This document shows, one piece after another, positions 42,879 through 54,515 of a DNA stretch of 64,000 nucleotides. The DNA is from Microcoleus sp. (GTDB taxonomy: Bacteria; Cyanobacteriota; Cyanobacteriia; Cyanobacteriales; Microcoleaceae). A program made the translations under genes and the position numbers. The notes beneath the pieces are model-generated. The model was not told where the DNA came from. It was given only the letters and a program-made list of their open reading frames with translations, and ran no database searches. The number at the start of each line of letters is the position of its first letter. Position 1 is the stretch's first letter. The stretch lies in contig CP181291.1 in assembly GCA_052279835.1 (NCBI GenBank), positions 1,696,001 through 1,760,000 of the forward strand. The letters run 5' to 3'.

Positions 42879-43847
42879 ATGAACGCCAAAAAAATTTTCA
42901 TAACGGGTGCAAGTGGCTGTATTGGTCACTACATGACCGAAACTTTAATTCAAGACACAAACCACGAACTCTATCTATTAGTTCGCAACCCCGACAAGTT
43001 AAAATTTGACTGTAACGCCCGCCCCGGCATCAACATATTGCAAGGCGATATGCGAGATATCGAGCAATATGCCGAACTTCTCCAAACAATAGATGTGGCG
43101 ATTTTGGCTGCAACTGCTTGGGGGGGGACTCAAGAAGTTTTTGATGTTAATGTCAACAAAACCCTCGGCCTAATTCAGTTACTTTCGTCACAAACTTGTC
43201 AACAAGTAATTTACTTTTCAACTGCCAGCATTCTCGGCAATGATAATAATTTGCTCAAGGAAGCAGGGGAATTAGGTACGGATTATGTTCGCTCGAAATA
43301 TGAGTGTATGACTCAATTGTCAGAGTTACAAAATGTGCCTCCGATTACAGCACTTTACCCCACATTAGTCTTGGGCGGAGATGCCAATAAACCTGTTTCT
43401 CACCTTTCTTCAGGTATTCCAGAAGTAGCAAAATGGATTGGTTTGATTCGTTGGTTGAAGGCAGATGCCAGTTTTCACTTCATCCACGGCGCTGATATTG
43501 CCACAGTAGTTAATTATTTAGTCGAACATCCGGCAGTTTCTGAGGAACCGCGACATTTTGTGCTAGGAAATTCTCCGCTTACAGCTAATCAAGCAGTAGA
43601 ACAAGCTTGTGCTTATTTGAATAAAAAGATATTTTTTCGGATTACTCTGTCACCAGGGCTGGCGAATTTCTTTATTTGGCTGTTCCGAATTCAATTAGCT
43701 GCTTGGGATAGATTTTGTATTAGCTATCGCCATTTTACTTATCACAATTTTGTCAATCCCGAAACTATTGGATTGCCGAGTTATTGCGGTACGATTGCCG
43801 ATATGTTAAGGACTAGCGGGATTCCGGGGAAAGATATGAAGAGTTAA
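42879..43847 (+). CDS. NAD-dependent epimerase/dehydratase family protein
   Basis: ITGASGCIG Rossmann motif and YVRSK (YxxxK-like) motif. Confidence 0.88.
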   Translation: MNAKKIFITGASGCIGHYMTETLIQDTNHELYLLVRNPDKLKFDCNARPGINILQGDMRDIEQYAELLQTIDVAILAATAWGGTQEVFDVNVNKTLGLIQLLSSQTCQQVIYFSTASILGNDNNLLKEAGELGTDYVRSKYECMTQLSELQNVPPITALYPTLVLGGDANKPVSHLSSGIPEVAKWIGLIRWLKADASFHFIHGADIATVVNYLVEHPAVSEEPRHFVLGNSPLTANQAVEQACAYLNKKIFFRITLSPGLANFFIWLFRIQLAAWDRFCISYRHFTYHNFVNPETIGLPSYCGTIADMLRTSGIPGKDMKS

Positions 43848-44037
43848 ACTCGAAAATCAAAATGGTTTGTAGTTTGGTTGGAGGACTAAAGCCCTGACTA
43901 CGAGCCTGGGATAAGAAATGTGCGATCGAGGTGCAAGATCTCGATTTTACCATTAACATGATGTCTTGAGGGCAGATCGCACTCTCAACTCTCCAGCCCC
44001 ACCACAAATCTGATACTAATGTGAGGTTTAACATACG

Positions 44038-45627
44038 ATGCGAGTTTTACTGGTTTATCCCCTGTTTCCAAAAACATTTTGGTCCTACGAGAAAATCTTA
44101 GAATTAGTCGATCGCAAAGTCCTACTACCACCGCTGGGTTTGGTAACAGTAGCAGCTATCCTACCACAAGAATGGGAATTTAAGTTAGTCGATCGCAACA
44201 TCAGACAAATCACAGAAGCAGAATGGGAGTGGGCCCAACTCGTCATCCTCTCAGCCATGATTGTCCAAAAAGAAGACTTGCTAGACATCATTCGCGAAGC
44301 CAAACGGCGCGGTAAATCAGTGGCTTGCGGCGGCCCCTACCCCACCTCCGTACCCGAAGAACCTCAAGCAGCCGGCATAGATTATCTGATTCTCGACGAA
44401 GGCGAAATCACCCTACCAATGTTCGTAGCAGCGGTAAACAGAGGCGAAACAAGTGGAATTTATCGATCGGACGGCATCAAACCCGATGTTACCACAACCC
44501 CAGTTCCCCGCTTCGACTTACTGGAATTAGACGCCTACGACTCCATGTCAATTCAATTTTCCAGAGGCTGTCCATTCCAGTGCGAATTCTGCGACATCAT
44601 CATCCTCTACGGGCGGAAACCACGCACCAAAAACCCCCAACAACTAATCGCAGAATTAGACTGCCTTTACAACCTAGGCTGGCGGCGCGGCGTGTTCATG
44701 GTAGACGACAACTTTATCGGCAACAAACGCAACGTCAAACTATTGCTAACCGACTTAAAAATCTGGCAAGAAGAACACAAATTCCCCTTTACTTTCAACA
44801 CAGAAGCATCCATCGATTTAGCCCAAGACCAAGAATTGATGGAGATGATGGTAGCTTGCAATTTCAATGCAGTATTTCTAGGGATTGAAACTCCCGATGA
44901 AGAAAGCCTGCAAATGACCAAAAAATTCCAAAATACCCGAAATTCCCTGATAGAATCCGTAGAGTTGATTGCAAAAACAGGTTTGCGAGTCATGGCCGGA
45001 TTCATCATCGGATTTGACGGCGAAAAACCCGGTGCCGGTCAGCGGATTGTAGACTTTGCCGAAGCAGCCGCCATTCCCAGTACAACATTTGGAATGCTGC
45101 AAGCTTTGCCCCACACTGCATTGTCCCACAGACTCGCCAAAGAAGGGCGACTGCGCGACAAATCTGGTAATCTCAACCAGACTACTTTGATGAACTTTAT
45201 CCCCACGCGGCCTTTAGAAGATATTGCGAGGGAGTATGTCCAAGCATTTTCTGATGTATACGATGCCCAGAAATATTTAGACCGAACTTACCGGCATTTC
45301 TTAATGTTAGGCGCACCCACAGCCAAGATACCTGCTCGAATTCCGAGTTGGATCGATTTACGGGCGCTGCTAACAGTCGTTTGGCGACAAGGAGTTAAGC
45401 GTAGCACTCGCTGGAAATTCTGGCATCATTTGTTCAGCATTCTCAAGCGCAATCCTGCGGTTTGGGATCATTACTTGACGGTGTGTGCTCACAACGAGCA
45501 TTTTCTGGAATACCGTCAGATTGTGCGGGATGAAATAGAAGCTCAATTAGCTGAATTTTTGGCTAATGAATCTCAGACAGTATATCAAGAACCTGTAGCT
45601 GGGGAAAAAGAAGTGCAAGTAGTTTAG
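44038..45627 (+). CDS. B12-binding radical SAM protein (DUF4070-type)
   Basis: PPLGL, GGPY and RGCPFQCEFC (CxxxCxxC) motifs. Confidence 0.92.
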   Translation: MRVLLVYPLFPKTFWSYEKILELVDRKVLLPPLGLVTVAAILPQEWEFKLVDRNIRQITEAEWEWAQLVILSAMIVQKEDLLDIIREAKRRGKSVACGGPYPTSVPEEPQAAGIDYLILDEGEITLPMFVAAVNRGETSGIYRSDGIKPDVTTTPVPRFDLLELDAYDSMSIQFSRGCPFQCEFCDIIILYGRKPRTKNPQQLIAELDCLYNLGWRRGVFMVDDNFIGNKRNVKLLLTDLKIWQEEHKFPFTFNTEASIDLAQDQELMEMMVACNFNAVFLGIETPDEESLQMTKKFQNTRNSLIESVELIAKTGLRVMAGFIIGFDGEKPGAGQRIVDFAEAAAIPSTTFGMLQALPHTALSHRLAKEGRLRDKSGNLNQTTLMNFIPTRPLEDIAREYVQAFSDVYDAQKYLDRTYRHFLMLGAPTAKIPARIPSWIDLRALLTVVWRQGVKRSTRWKFWHHLFSILKRNPAVWDHYLTVCAHNEHFLEYRQIVRDEIEAQLAEFLANESQTVYQEPVAGEKEVQVV

Positions 45628-45890
45628 AGTGGGAAGATTTGAAGATTCTCTAATATCAAATCCATTTCGATGGGAATGATGAGCGTTCTTGGGTAATTGA
45701 TAACTGCTAATTGCCCCGATCGCTTTTTTGATAGCTCAAACACTTGCTGTTATTGATTATTGCTTCTTGCTTCTTGCTGCTACATCCAGTGGGAGCCGGT
45801 TTATTTAGATGGTTTGTCATCGTTATTTATGCTTGGTGAAACCCGCTCCTGCCCGAATGTTAAGCTTGCCGTAGTTAGGAAATATTTATC

Positions 45891-46961
45891 ATGCAAAATA
45901 ATACCCTACAATCTCCATCTCAGAACACGGAAAAAACTCACATCCGCCAGTTGGGAATTAATCTCAATCACTGGTATACTGTGGCTCGCACTACAGAAGT
46001 CACAACTCAGCCACTAGCTGCGATGGTCTGGCATCAGGCCATCGTCCTATTTCGCGATAGTTCAGGCAAAATCAACGCTTTAGAAGACAGATGTCCGCAC
46101 CGACAAGTTAAACTTAGTCACGGTAAAATCCAAGGTGACTTAATAGAATGTGCCTACCACGGATGGCGCTTAAATACCAGAGGAGAATGTGCAGAAGTAG
46201 ATTATTTAGCAGAAAATCAAAAGCTACCTAACTGCAAAATTCGCTCCTTTCCAGTCAAGGAAGAATCTGGTTTTATCTGGATATTTCCCGGCGATGAGAC
46301 CAAAGCCGAAGAAATTAATTTATTGAGCTTGCCAGAGTGGGAACATCTCAATTATATTGCCACAGTTGCAGTAATTGACTGTCAGGCACACCATTCATTT
46401 TTGATTGAAAATTTGATGGATATGTATCACGGACATTTGCACGAAGACTGGCAAGCTTGGGCCAATCCTGTGCTAGATTCTTTAGAAGAAGATGAACACC
46501 AAGTAACGGCTCTTTACCAGGCCGAAAGTTATTACAAAATAGATAAAATTTGGTCAATCTCTCAGTTATTATTTAAATCTTTGCGACAACTGCACCCGGA
46601 ACCTTTAGAGGTGAGTTATGTTTACCCCCACTGGGTTTCCACTTTGGGCAATGACTTTAAGATTTATTGCTTGGTTTGTCCGGTGAGCGAGACGGCAACC
46701 CGTGCTTATTTAATTCACTTTACCTCATTAAATGCCTTTTGGCGACTGCACAAATTGCCTGTGTGGTTCCGCAGGTTTATTAAAGATATTTGTTTCGGTG
46801 CGGCTCAAAAGTTATTGGATGGTTTGGTGCGGCAGGATGTGTTGATGATTGAGGAAGAACAACAGGCTTTTTTACAAAACTCAGAAAGAAAAAATCATGA
46901 ATTAAATCGGGCTTTAGTCAGCGTGCAACGGTTGATGAGAAGTCAGGCGGAAAATTTGTAA
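45891..46961 (+). CDS. Rieske non-heme iron oxygenase alpha subunit
   Basis: CPHR...CAYHGW Rieske motif and ENLMDMYHGHLH iron site. Confidence 0.92.
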   Translation: MQNNTLQSPSQNTEKTHIRQLGINLNHWYTVARTTEVTTQPLAAMVWHQAIVLFRDSSGKINALEDRCPHRQVKLSHGKIQGDLIECAYHGWRLNTRGECAEVDYLAENQKLPNCKIRSFPVKEESGFIWIFPGDETKAEEINLLSLPEWEHLNYIATVAVIDCQAHHSFLIENLMDMYHGHLHEDWQAWANPVLDSLEEDEHQVTALYQAESYYKIDKIWSISQLLFKSLRQLHPEPLEVSYVYPHWVSTLGNDFKIYCLVCPVSETATRAYLIHFTSLNAFWRLHKLPVWFRRFIKDICFGAAQKLLDGLVRQDVLMIEEEQQAFLQNSERKNHELNRALVSVQRLMRSQAENL

Positions 46962-47055
46962 TTCTGCTGATTGACAGATGATAAAAATAGCTTTTTGAGC
47001 GAAGTCAAACTTTGCCTACCCTCCCCGTCCTTTCTGCGTATTTTAGTGGCCTAAT

Positions 47056-47925
47056 ATGACTGTTAATCACAAAACAATTACAATTAGAAATAAATCTTTC
47101 GAGTGGGGAAAACGCACTTATTTAATGGGCGTTTTGAATGTTACCCCTGATAGTTTTAGTGATGGTGGCGATTTCAATACCATAGAATCGGCTCTAATGC
47201 AAGCTGAAAATATGGTAAAAAACGGGGTTGATATTATTGATATTGGTGGTCAATCTACCAGACCCGGTGCAGCCGAAATATCCTTACAAGCAGAACTGGA
47301 TCGAGTCCTTCCAATTGTCCAAATCCTGAGAGAAAAAGCCACTATTTTTGCAGATATACCTATTTCTGTGGATACTACCAGATCCCTGGTTGCTAAGGCG
47401 GCTGTGGCTGCGGGAGCTGATATAATTAACGATATTTCAGGAGCTACCTTTGACTCAGCAATGCTGTCAACCGTTGCCAACTTAAAAGTACCAATAATTT
47501 TGATGCACCTTCGGGGAACGCCCCAAACCATGCAAACACTAACCGATTATCACGATTTAATTGGCGAAATTAGCGAATTTTTAGAAGCTAGAATTGCGGC
47601 AGCCGTTGCAGCAGGTATTCACACATCTCAAATAATTATCGACCCCGGTATTGGCTTTGCTAAAACTCACAGTCAGAATTTAGAAATTCTGCGTGATTTG
47701 CGGAAATTTCGTTATTTAGACTGTCCGATTTTAGTCGGAGTCTCGCGAAAAAGCTTCATCGGCAAGATTTTGAATCAGCCCGAAGCGAAACAAAGAGTTT
47801 GGGGGACAGCGGCGGCTTGTACAGGTGCGATCGCGAATTCGGCGGATATTTTACGAGTTCACGATGTCAGAGAAATGCACGATGTCTGTCAGGTAGCCGA
47901 CGCCATCTTCAGAAATCAGTCTTGA
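47056..47925 (+). CDS. folP: Dihydropteroate synthase
   Basis: NVTPDSFSDGG, STRPG, DPGIGFAK, SRKSF and RVHDV motifs. Confidence 0.96.
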   Translation: MTVNHKTITIRNKSFEWGKRTYLMGVLNVTPDSFSDGGDFNTIESALMQAENMVKNGVDIIDIGGQSTRPGAAEISLQAELDRVLPIVQILREKATIFADIPISVDTTRSLVAKAAVAAGADIINDISGATFDSAMLSTVANLKVPIILMHLRGTPQTMQTLTDYHDLIGEISEFLEARIAAAVAAGIHTSQIIIDPGIGFAKTHSQNLEILRDLRKFRYLDCPILVGVSRKSFIGKILNQPEAKQRVWGTAAACTGAIANSADILRVHDVREMHDVCQVADAIFRNQS

Positions 47926-48755
47926 CTAGCGTGAGTATCGATAACTTTCATGTCCTCATGGTGAGAGTGCGGTTCAATATCAGACATAGAACCCATCAAC
48001 TCGTTAAGAGCTTCTGTCATGTTTTTTGGGTCCATAAACAGAATTTTGGCGTTATCGCTTTCGCCCAATTTTTGTTGAGCATCTAAGTATTTTTCTGTTA
48101 CTAAGTAATTCAAAACTTGCTTACTATTGGGATGGGAATCGAGAGCCTCCACTAAGAGTTTCATGTACTCCTTAGTACCAGTAGCTTTATTGACCATTGC
48201 TTGCCACTCGCTCTTGGTTGCCTGCTCCAATTCCATAGCTTCTTGCACCCTTTTTGGAGGTGTAATGCTTTGAATTTCGACCCGGATGACTTTGACACCC
48301 CAAGTTTCAGTAGCTTCGTCCAATTTCTTGAGTAACTGCTTATTCATGTCATCTCTGGAACCGAAAATCTCTTTCATCGGCAACCGACCAATTTCACCAC
48401 GAAACGTAGTTAAAACTAAGTTGGCGATCGCATTTTCAATTTGATCGATGCCGTAATAAGCTTTCTGCAAATTTACAACTCGCCAATACACCACGGCATC
48501 GACGTCGAGAACCACATTATCTACCGTGATGGCTGACTGAGGTTTAATATCTAAAACTCTTTCGCGGGTTGTGTCCACGCAGACTACTTTCTCTACCACG
48601 GGACTGATAAAGTGGAATCCGGGCTTGAGAGTGCGCTTGTATTGGCCCAAACGTTCGACTAAAGCTTCGTCGCCGCCGCTGACTATTTTCACAGAGGAGT
48701 TAACAGCGTAGCCGAGGATGAGCGCAACGAGCATGGCTAGAATAGACTGCCCCAT
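47916..48755 (-). CDS. SPFH/stomatin-like membrane protein
   Basis: N-terminal TM; LVERLG, AITVDNV and WGVKVIRVEI motifs. Confidence 0.9.
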   Translation of the reverse strand: MGQSILAMLVALILGYAVNSSVKIVSGGDEALVERLGQYKRTLKPGFHFISPVVEKVVCVDTTRERVLDIKPQSAITVDNVVLDVDAVVYWRVVNLQKAYYGIDQIENAIANLVLTTFRGEIGRLPMKEIFGSRDDMNKQLLKKLDEATETWGVKVIRVEIQSITPPKRVQEAMELEQATKSEWQAMVNKATGTKEYMKLLVEALDSHPNSKQVLNYLVTEKYLDAQQKLGESDNAKILFMDPKNMTEALNELMGSMSDIEPHSHHEDMKVIDTHASQD

Positions 48756-48939
48756 TTCTACTTTCCTGCTAAGTTTACTGAATAATTGATCGGAATTCTA
48801 CTCTAATTTAACGCAAAATATGCCACACAGTGCTAAAATATCTCGACTGTTAATAACTTCTTAATAGTGCGCCCCCATTTGCTCAGACTCTGACAGGGTG
48901 TGAAACCCAGGATATCAAAAACACGTTGCCATACAATAT

Positions 48940-49710
48940 ATGAAAAATGATCGAGAGTTTCGCCCTTTAAAAATGTTGATCTGGATCGCCCCAAGCATTT
49001 TGGCAACGGGAGCAATGGGCGCTTTAGCACTTGTACCAGCGGTACAAGCTGAACCCAGCACGCTCCAAATTTCCCAAAACTTGCAGTCCCAAAACACCCA
49101 GCCACCAGGTCCCCGCGGCCCAGTTCGGGAAGTTCTCTCCTACGAGATGAAGGGAGACGAACTCAGGATTTGCAAACAGGAAGGCAAATCCGAGAAAAAG
49201 TGCGAAGTTGTGGGCAAAGGATACACAGTAGCTTTGAGGATTGCCAACGACCTTTACAATCAAGGGAACCTGGCCAATGCCGAAATTTTGTACCAACAAC
49301 TGATTACGCGCTTTCCCAAACAGGGAGATGCTTACTATAAGTTGGGAACCTTGCTCTCAGCCCAAGGTAAAATGAGCGAGGCGATCGCCCAATTTCGACA
49401 AGCAATTCAACTAAACCCGCAGCACGCCAAAGCTCACAACGATTTGGGCGTAGCCATGGCCAGTCAAGGGCAATTGCCAGAGGCAATTTTGGAGTGGAGA
49501 CAAGCAATTAAAATTAACAGCCAATATCCCGATGCTTTAAACAATTTAGGAGTCGGACTTTACCAACAAGGAGTCAAAGAAGACCAAGCAGAAGCAGTAG
49601 CCAGCCTCAAAAAAGCTCAGGAATTATTCATCAAACAAGGCCGAGTTTCCCAAGCCAAAAAAGTCGAGCAAATTTTGCAGCAAATCAATGCGCAGTCCAG
49701 CGGTTCTTAA
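48940..49710 (+). CDS. Secreted TPR protein
   Basis: Signal-like N-terminus and TPRs (AYYKLG, AHNDLG, ALNNLG). Confidence 0.85.
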   Translation: MKNDREFRPLKMLIWIAPSILATGAMGALALVPAVQAEPSTLQISQNLQSQNTQPPGPRGPVREVLSYEMKGDELRICKQEGKSEKKCEVVGKGYTVALRIANDLYNQGNLANAEILYQQLITRFPKQGDAYYKLGTLLSAQGKMSEAIAQFRQAIQLNPQHAKAHNDLGVAMASQGQLPEAILEWRQAIKINSQYPDALNNLGVGLYQQGVKEDQAEAVASLKKAQELFIKQGRVSQAKKVEQILQQINAQSSGS

Positions 49711-49759
49711 TCTGCATTGGTTATGAGTCATGAATTATGCGTTATTGGTGATTAGGACA

Positions 49760-49875
49760 AACTAATGACTAATGACTAATGACTAATGACTACTGACTAC
49801 TGACTACTGACTAATGACTACTGACTAATGACTACTGACTAATGACTACTGACTAATAACTAATAACTAATGACT
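49760..49875. repeat. Heptamer STRR (TGACTA[A/C])n
   Basis: About 15 tandem units overlapping the aroB 3' end. Confidence 0.88.
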
Positions 49876-50972
49876 TCGTAAAGCATTTCCTTCAAAACTT
49901 GTAAAATCACATCTCCATCCACGCGATCGCTCACCGCCGCCTCACCCAGGCGCACTGGTAGCACAAACCGCACCTTACCATCCTGCACCTTTTTGTCCAA
50001 TTGTAAAGTCTTCAAAATCTCCTCAACATCCATACCAGCGGGCAATTTCGTAGGCAAACCAGCCTTTTCCAGCAAAGCTAACTGACGTCGATGGCACTCT
50101 CGGTCCCACATTTCCAATTCCACAGCCAACCGACTCGCAGCCACCATACCGATGGCCACACCTTCCCCGTGATTCACCAACTTGTAACCAGTCAAACTTT
50201 CCACCGCATGGCCAATGGTGTGTCCGTAATTCAAAATCGCCCGCAAACCAGACTCCTTTTCATCCTTGCTTACCACATCCGCCTTAGCTTGGCAAGACCT
50301 GCTCAAAATTTCTGCCAGCAAATCCGCCTTCACGTAGCGCATCTGATCCAAACGCTTGCAACTCTCCAACTTCTCGAACAATTCCACATCCCAAATCACC
50401 CCGTACTTAATCACTTCCGCCATGGCCGAGCGAAACTCCCTCGCCGGCAAAGTTTTGAGCACATCCGGGTCAATTAACACCAAACGAGGCTGATGAAAAG
50501 CCCCAATTAAATTCTTCCCTAAAGGATGGTTAACCCCGGTTTTACCACCAATAGAAGCATCAACCATCGCCAGCAAAGAAGTCGGAACTTGGACAACATT
50601 AATTCCCCGCAACCAAGTAGCAGCAGCAAAACCCGTCATATCGCCAACCACTCCGCCACCCAAAGCCACCATCGTCGAAGAACGTTCTAAGCGGTTTTCC
50701 AAAGCAGCGCCGTAAATCTTCTGCACCGAATTTAAAGTTTTGTACTGTTCCCCTGGTGGTAGAATACAGTTACCGACATGAAAACCCACCGATTCCAAGG
50801 AAGCAGCCGTCTTTTCTCCGTAATGCCGAAAAATCGACTGATTCGACACTAGCAGCACTTTTTTGCCCAAATTCAGCCCACCGAGCATAGTGCCGAGTTC
50901 GTCTAAACCGCCCGATCGCACGCAAATATTGTAAGATTGTGGTCCCAAGTCAACTTTAATTACTGATTTCAT
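49860..50972 (-). CDS. aroB: 3-dehydroquinate synthase
   Basis: [28 protein letters not shown] and HGEGV motifs. Confidence 0.97.
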   Translation of the reverse strand: MKSVIKVDLGPQSYNICVRSGGLDELGTMLGGLNLGKKVLLVSNQSIFRHYGEKTAASLESVGFHVGNCILPPGEQYKTLNSVQKIYGAALENRLERSSTMVALGGGVVGDMTGFAAATWLRGINVVQVPTSLLAMVDASIGGKTGVNHPLGKNLIGAFHQPRLVLIDPDVLKTLPAREFRSAMAEVIKYGVIWDVELFEKLESCKRLDQMRYVKADLLAEILSRSCQAKADVVSKDEKESGLRAILNYGHTIGHAVESLTGYKLVNHGEGVAIGMVAASRLAVELEMWDRECHRRQLALLEKAGLPTKLPAGMDVEEILKTLQLDKKVQDGKVRFVLPVRLGEAAVSDRVDGDVILQVLKEMLYEVISY

Positions 50973-51049
50973 ATTTATCTATATTAGATTATAGATTTTA
51001 GATTATAGTTCTTATAGGTCTTTTTATTGATTGTTTTGGAGAAATTGCA

Positions 51050-51151
51050 ATGACTCTTAGCGGAGCAATAACTTATTTTGGGCTTTTCGGCGGAATGCTG
51101 GGCTTGGCGACAGTGTTGATGTTTGGTCTGCGGGCTGTCAAACTCATCTAA
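51050..51151 (+). CDS. petL: Cytochrome b6f subunit PetL (absent from ORF track)
   Basis: MTLSGAITYFGLFGGMLGLATVLMFGLRAVKLI*, a single TM ending GLRAVKLI; GGAG RBS; divergent from aroB. Confidence 0.88.
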   Translation: MTLSGAITYFGLFGGMLGLATVLMFGLRAVKLI

Positions 51152-51348
51152 TTTACTAATTTAGATGCGAGAACCAGAGGATTTTAACCTCTGGTAAAAG
51201 TAACATTTTGCAGAAGTATTTACGCCAAAAATCCGTAGTTTGATCTGTAGATTTAGGGCGTAAATACTGATCTTGAATTTAATCAAGGAGCGATCGCACT
51301 TGCGATAAAACACGATCGCTCTTCATCAATTACAGAATTAGTTCTAAT

Positions 51349-51564
51349 TCAGCCGATTGAACTTCGGGCAATTTCAAAGGCCCCTGTCGTATCAAAAACG
51401 ATCGCGTGTTTAGCCTGCGGCAACAAACGCCGTAAAATCTGGATGTATCCGTCAGCATCACCGCGGCGGTGGAACCTTGCAACCACCAATCGGTGCATAT
51501 TTGGCAATTGCCGCACGATACACCAGGGATGAGTGTTTAATTTGGGCTTTGATGTTGGTATCAT
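51349..51564 (-). CDS. Small conserved cyanobacterial hypothetical protein
   Basis: HPWCIVRQLPNM...VARF.RR.DA...L.RL pattern recalled from filamentous cyanobacteria. Confidence 0.6.
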   Translation of the reverse strand: MIPTSKPKLNTHPWCIVRQLPNMHRLVVARFHRRGDADGYIQILRRLLPQAKHAIVFDTTGAFEIARSSIG

Positions 51565-51699
51565 AGGGTAATCCTTCCCCGCCGAAAGCGGGATTTGGTA
51601 GAAAAGGCGATCGCCCTTAAGTTTTCGAGGCTCGGAGGGCGATCGTTTTTAGTGTACATAGATATTGTCGGGTATATATGCACCGATGTCAAGCCAAAT

Positions 51700-51912
51700 A
51701 TGGGCTACGTTAGACTGAAGATTCGAGAACTAGCTGAGCAAAGAGGTTGGACGTTCAAAGAAGTTGCCGATCGATCCGGAGTCAACTACAACACGGTAAA
51801 AAGCTACGGGAGGCGGGATGCTTTAAACACAGTAGATCTTTCTGCTGTCTACAAAATAGCCCGCGCCTTTGACGTAACTATGGAAGATTTGGTTGAGATT
51901 TTGGAAGATTGA
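51700..51912 (+). CDS. XRE/Cro-like HTH transcriptional regulator
   Basis: LKIRELAEQRGWTFKEVADRSGVNYNTV...KIARAFDVTMEDL. Confidence 0.88.
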   Translation: MGYVRLKIRELAEQRGWTFKEVADRSGVNYNTVKSYGRRDALNTVDLSAVYKIARAFDVTMEDLVEILED

Positions 51913-52071
51913 GGAGGTACAAATAGGCTAATTTCATCCGCCCACCTTTGTTGAGTCCAAGGTCGCATAAACATAGCATTGTTGACAATTTCTTTACCTT
52001 CTTGCGAAAGACTCAAACTGTTCTGTTTCCGATTTTTTAAAAGGCTCAAAATTCCTAGATTAATGTCGTAC

Positions 52072-52296
52072 TTATCGTCGCCATTTCTTCACCTGTTGGT
52101 AGGGAAAGCAGTTAATAACATCCTATAGCATATAACTACCTTTGGAATCAGATTCCATCAGTTCCAAGTAGACAGTTTTGGGAACTTCAAAGTATCGATA
52201 TGTCTTGCTGCTATTCAAAACAACTTCGAGGGTAGAGGTTGTTTCGTCATAACCCACAGCTTGGATCATGCTAGATTCGACTGGTTCTAGTTTCAT
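52072..52296 (-). pseudogene. KTSC-domain gene with premature stop
   Basis: VESSMIQAVGYD...LEV...YRY..VP...S.SKGSY; TAG at 52123-52125 followed in frame by DVINCFPYQQVKKWRR*. Confidence 0.75.
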
Positions 52297-52357
52297 GGTA
52301 ATAATGCAATCCATTTTCTCCTAAAATAATTTCTACTTCCCTCAATCTCAAATCGCA

Positions 52358-52948
52358 ATGTCTCATTCCACCGATATCCTCACCCTCGGCCGCTGGATGG
52401 CCTCCGATTTCAGCAACCAAGCCCAAGCATTTGAAAATCCGCCCTTCTTCGCCCACATCCGCGTCTGCATGAGACCCCTACCCGCGGAACTTTTGGGCGG
52501 TCTCAGTCTCTATCTAGAACAAGCCTATGACATCGAACTCAACACGCCGTACCGAGTCCGAGTGTTAAAATTAGTGCCGAAAGGCGATCGCATCGATATC
52601 GAAAATTACGCGATCGAAAACGAAGAGCAATTCTACGGCGCCTCCCGCGATCTCCAACGACTCCAAGAACTCAAAAAAGCAGAATTTAAACTAATGCCGG
52701 GATGCACCTTTATTACGCACTGGACCGGCCACAGCTTCAAAGGGTGCGTTGAACCAGGAAAAGGCTGTATGGTGGTCAGAAAGGGCAAAAACACCTATCT
52801 AGACAGCGAATTCGAGATTGATGGAGACAAATTTATTAGTCACGATCGCGGGCGGGACCCAGAAACCGACGCCCACGTCTGGGGAGCCCTCGCCGGTCCC
52901 TTTGAATTCACCCGTCGAGCTAGCTTCGCCGATGAAATTCAAGTTTAA
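52358..52948 (+). CDS. cpcT: CpcT/CpeT phycobiliprotein chromophore lyase
   Basis: FSNQAQA..NPPFFAHI, EQAY, PYRVRV, DRGRD and VWG motifs. Confidence 0.88.
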   Translation: MSHSTDILTLGRWMASDFSNQAQAFENPPFFAHIRVCMRPLPAELLGGLSLYLEQAYDIELNTPYRVRVLKLVPKGDRIDIENYAIENEEQFYGASRDLQRLQELKKAEFKLMPGCTFITHWTGHSFKGCVEPGKGCMVVRKGKNTYLDSEFEIDGDKFISHDRGRDPETDAHVWGALAGPFEFTRRASFADEIQV

Positions 52949-52973
52949 TACAAAAAAACAAGGGGCGATTTAG

Positions 52974-54209
<1,236 letters not shown>

Positions 54210-54515
54210 GTTCTGGCAGATAGCTGCGGTGCAATAGTTGTTTTTAAGGAACCGCGAAGGCGCGAAGGGCGCGAAGGAAGAGGAAAGAAGGGAAGAGATG
54301 GGTTTACAAGTTATGAATTGATTTGCCTCTATCTTTTACTCTCTTGCTCTGTGTCCTCTGTGTCCTCTGTGTCCTCTGCGGTTAATTAAAAAATTAGAGA
54401 GCGTAATTACTGGTGATGAAGCTGCTAACAGAACTCTATTTAAATCAAGCGAGTAAATGGCTAAAAACAGGTCGTCACATTCTGGCACAATTTTCGGTTT
54501 CGTCAACAATTTATT

